Assembly (NCBI GenBank): GCA_937926205.1
Contig: CALEYL010000031.1
Coordinates: forward strand, 34,121-98,120
Direction: 5' to 3'
Origin: an uncultured Saprospiraceae bacterium
GTDB lineage: Bacteria > Bacteroidota > Bacteroidia > Chitinophagales > Saprospiraceae
DNA: 64,000 nt
Numbering within the stretch: the first letter of the stretch is position 1; each line of letters starts with the position of its first letter. The position numbers and the translations under genes are program-made. Shown in pieces: positions 62,301 through 64,000 of the stretch. The notes under the pieces are model-generated. The model did no database searches. It saw only the letters and a program-made list of their open reading frames with translations, and had not been told where the DNA came from.

Positions 62301-64000
62301 TACCATGTGTTTATTGACGGCATTCTGGAAGCCGGAAGTCCGCACGACTATACGCCCGGCGGCTTCAATACCCTGGACTTCCAGATCAACGGAGACGGAG
62401 GAATGCATGCACTCCGTATAGAAGACGTCGGTAACACAACCTGCATTGCCGATACTATTTTTCATGCGCCGCAATGCCCTGATGCCTGCCAAATCCGCTT
62501 ATCAACAGAAATGGTAGGGACTTGTAACGGGGAGGGACTGGTCAGTTACCAGATCATGGTGATGGCTTCCAATGTGGGAAGCAATGGTTTTAACTTTTTT
62601 GTGGACAATTTACCTTTGGCTGGAAACCCCTTCCCATACGGGGCTGGCGGCATCAGCCTGGTTGACATTGTCCTTCCCGGCGATGGACAAATCCACCTGA
62701 TAGCTGTTGCAGACGCCAGTCAGGGTTCGTGCAGCGCTTCGGCGAGTATTCAAAGTCTGAACTGTGGCATTGGTTGTAATTTGGTTGTAAATGCAGTCCA
62801 GTCCGGCGCCTGCAATACTGTGGACCAGGTGCCTTTTAATGTAATGGTTCAGGCCACGACGCCGGGTAATGAAGGATTTGAACTGTTAATCGATGGCGTA
62901 CCTGATCCGGGCAGTCCTTTTGTTTATCAGGCTAATGGCCTGACAACGGTTGCGGTGCTTTTGCCGGGAGATGGTTTGGCGCACAGCCTACAAGTCATCG
63001 ATGTCGCTTTTGCGAATTGCCGGGACTCTGTCATTGTCCATACGCCGCTCTGTGGCGCCAATTGCGCCATGGGCAATTTTTCGATAGCGTACAATGTGCC
63101 CCAAACCTTTACGGTTGAGGTGCGCGACTTTAATTTTTTTCCAAATGATTTAACCGTGAGCGTGGGCGATACCGTTCGCTTTTTGTGGACCGGCCAGATC
63201 CCGCATACTACCACGTCGGATGTACTGGGTGGGCCGGACTCCTGGAACAGCGGCCTTCTGGGTCAGGGCTCGGTGTATGATTTGGTGATCGAATCGACAG
63301 GAAACCACCCCTATTACTGCATTCCCCATGGTAGTCCGGGAGGCATTGGGATGTCAGGGATCATTCGGGTACAAAATCCCTGCGATGATGGCCGATTGAG
63401 CGTCCGCGTTACTTTTAGCGCCATCAACGGCAGTTTCGAGGGTTATTCCGTTTACCTCGACGACGATGAATTCATTACCAGTGGTTTGTATCAACCTTCC
63501 GGAACAAATCAGGTGGTTTTTACTGTTCCGGGGGACGGCGCTTTGCACCATGTTCTGATTCAGGATGCAACCGATCCCGACTGCCAGTTGCACGAACATT
63601 TTGACATGCCCGATTGTGGCGATCCATGCTTTGGGTTTGAAGCGCAGTTTGCCTATCAAATCAATTATCAAACCCTCGAGGTTCAGTTTACAGATGCCTC
63701 AGCCGGAATGCCACAAACCTGGATGTGGGCATTTGGCGACGGGCAGACTTCAACAGAAGCAAATCCCGTTCATACTTTTGAACCTGGGGCCTACCCCGTC
63801 TGCCTCGCTATAGAAAACGATGATCTTGGTTGTGTGAATGTTTTTTGCGACACCCTCTATCTAAATCTGGTCGTATGCGAACCCTCTTTTGTTTTGGAAC
63901 ACGATGGATTGACGGTGTTTTTCAAAGACCATTCACAAACAAGTCAACCCATCAACAATTGGATCTGGACTTTAGGTAATGGCCAGCAGATCGTCGGAGA
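59331..64000 (+). CDS. giant secreted multi-domain protein: signal peptide, PKD, 4 cupredoxin (type-1 Cu) domains, 10 Cys-framed modules, PKD, PKD... (3' end beyond window)
   Basis: Not in ORF track because there is no stop in the window. I hand-translated the frame from ATG 59331 to 64000 and found no stop. N-terminus is MTIPLRTLNLTLFFLAATFSGVHAQ. PKD signatures are WDFGDGASSTLANPEHTY and WAFGDGQTSTEANPVHTF. The listed antisense and off-frame ORFs here are shadows. Confidence 0.85.
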   Translation, partial: MTIPLRTLNLTLFFLAATFSGVHAQTCQAGFSYVLNGLSVQFTQESTASSTITGFLWDFGDGASSTLANPEHTYTDSEDLMVCLTITTADGCTDQFCAEVEPCQLNLTVSVGDCNTNGEIPLGINITDVFGNAREINISIDGVLLPGSPFLIDNDLPVFTNALINGDGLVHTISVVSTHNAACTASYTFTAPDCASSCFLSGLNVAIAQGAIKTVNVGSNFFNPVNTTIEVGELVRFNWTTGGHTSTSDATSGPDSWNSGLLGAGATYDVRIKNPGIHPYYCIPHGGPGGVGMSGMIVANCPNGNNFTLQITFNTTQAGAQGYNFRIDGVLQPGSPFAYNGTGLQSLSATMAGDGQDHTFEIADAGDPGCSQIRTFTAPDCGAAPTCSMSVSAQQNGGCNVANQIEVSVQINSVNGGAAGFEVLFDGVASGGPYVYSATGVTTVSIFVPGDGQSHTISARDLNTPTCEGSTLFVAPDCSTPCNLGNITAATGGGITHIVEVQDFQFVPQNLTIAAGDRVEWHWTGSVAHTSTSDAATGADSWNSDLLHHGATYLSPVLSAGIHPYYCIPHGAPGGIGMTGVITVQANCANGQVPIALSFTESGGGFGGFQVWVDSVAAGTFAYAASGFDTINVLVPGDGMPHTLLVQDAENPDCSASVAITTPDCNASTCRLTLQAQENGPCDTLLQLPVEVLITDLGGGEGGFILFADSVLVDTFLYGANDSTLVSLLLPGDGLPHIFFAADLSDSMCIASDTLTTPNCMLPCQLSNLLLASGGGGDPVIHTVEVVDFSFIPNHINVQVGDIVRFIWNGHVQHTTTSDAITGPDVWNSGLLGHGSVFDVTITSEGVHPYYCIPHGAPGGIGMAGDITATPPCQDGMVSVAVSFDATMGSSQGYEVFVDGVQTGGPFAYNDPNGSNQTTVMVAGDGLTHNISLQDVDGAECGISADIQTPNCAGGCNIANLDIQFPDTTCNNGMIPASLSFTAAGSGDQGYHVFIDGILEAGSPHDYTPGGFNTLDFQINGDGGMHALRIEDVGNTTCIADTIFHAPQCPDACQIRLSTEMVGTCNGEGLVSYQIMVMASNVGSNGFNFFVDNLPLAGNPFPYGAGGISLVDIVLPGDGQIHLIAVADASQGSCSASASIQSLNCGIGCNLVVNAVQSGACNTVDQVPFNVMVQATTPGNEGFELLIDGVPDPGSPFVYQANGLTTVAVLLPGDGLAHSLQVIDVAFANCRDSVIVHTPLCGANCAMGNFSIAYNVPQTFTVEVRDFNFFPNDLTVSVGDTVRFLWTGQIPHTTTSDVLGGPDSWNSGLLGQGSVYDLVIESTGNHPYYCIPHGSPGGIGMSGIIRVQNPCDDGRLSVRVTFSAINGSFEGYSVYLDDDEFITSGLYQPSGTNQVVFTVPGDGALHHVLIQDATDPDCQLHEHFDMPDCGDPCFGFEAQFAYQINYQTLEVQFTDASAGMPQTWMWAFGDGQTSTEANPVHTFEPGAYPVCLAIENDDLGCVNVFCDTLYLNLVVCEPSFVLEHDGLTVFFKDHSQTSQPINNWIWTLGNGQQIVG
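59961..60230 (+). other. cupredoxin domain 1 (type-1 Cu ligand pattern H...C-x2-H-x7-M)
   Basis: IKTVNVGSNFFNPVNTTIEVGELVRFNWTTGGHTSTSDATSGPDSWNSGLLGAGATYDVRIKNPGIHPYYCIPHGGPGGVGMSGMIVA. Confidence 0.75.
60812..61087 (+). other. cupredoxin domain 2
   Basis: ITHIVEVQDFQFVPQNLTIAAGDRVEWHWTGSVAHTSTSDAATGADSWNSDLLHHGATYLSPVLSAGIHPYYCIPHGAPGGIGMTGVITVQ. Confidence 0.75.
61668..61937 (+). other. cupredoxin domain 3
   Basis: VIHTVEVVDFSFIPNHINVQVGDIVRFIWNGHVQHTTTSDAITGPDVWNSGLLGHGSVFDVTITSEGVHPYYCIPHGAPGGIGMAGDITA. Confidence 0.75.
63102..63377 (+). other. cupredoxin domain 4
   Basis: QTFTVEVRDFNFFPNDLTVSVGDTVRFLWTGQIPHTTTSDVLGGPDSWNSGLLGQGSVYDLVIESTGNHPYYCIPHGSPGGIGMSGIIRVQ. Confidence 0.75.

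Noticed and set aside
60369-62492. Long minus-strand ORFs (60369..60977 at 202 aa, 61977..62492 at 171 aa) and several + off-frame ORFs inside 59.3-64 kb.
   Set aside because: They lie antisense or out of frame to the uninterrupted, motif-rich frame starting at 59331. Their translations are low-complexity (Ala/Gly/Arg/Cys-rich) shadows of a GC-rich repetitive gene.
2696-64000. The idea that the Cu-efflux operon (2.7-12.3 kb) and the multi-cupredoxin protein (59.3 kb onward) form one copper system.
   Set aside because: They are about 47 kb apart and separated by dozens of unrelated housekeeping genes. A shared metal theme alone is not evidence of functional linkage.

Overview
This 64-kb chromosomal segment reads as Bacteroidota. 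The markers are a SusC/RagA receptor, a T9SS C-terminal sorting domain, an ECF-sigma/DUF4252 operon, a long-form NusB, GSCFA and a DUF1599-like gene. The taxon is an inference and the finer lineage is unknown. I support about 47 protein genes and saw no rRNA, tRNA, CRISPR array, transposase or integrase. The window falls into four blocks. (i) 2.7-12.3 kb is a minus-strand heavy-metal (Cu/Ag-type) efflux operon: a small Cys-rich protein, an oversized CusA/CzcA RND pump, a TolC-like protein, a His-rich CPH-motif P1B ATPase, and an adaptor fused to HMBD and DUF3347-like domains. (ii) 13.8-28.3 kb looks accessory. It holds a T9SS substrate, a 7TMR-DISM hybrid kinase/AraC, a visibly AT-rich island with a papain-like/vWA/TPR fusion protein next to a secreted M48 peptidase, hydrolases and a low-GC orphan gene. 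(iii) 28.8-58.8 kb is mostly housekeeping and envelope genes: GT-C/TPR glycosyltransferase, methyltransferase, acyl-CoA carboxyltransferase, queE, nusB, penicillin-acylase family, ECF module and prolyl oligopeptidase. (iv) From 59.3 kb to the window edge runs an open-ended ORF of more than 1,550 aa that is missing from the ORF track because it has no stop in the window. It encodes a signal peptide, PKD domains, at least four type-1-copper (cupredoxin) domains and ten copies of an unrecognised Cys-framed module. This protein is my top candidate for something new. The second unusual theme is non-coding. Many intergenic gaps are filled with degenerate 7- or 8-nt tandem arrays. There is also a dispersed element of about 65 nt (core GGCATCCCGAAT) that flanks a four-helix-bundle (23S-IVS-type) gene in inverted orientation and recurs at a gene-less locus. 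All coordinates taken by hand-reading may be off by 1 nt.
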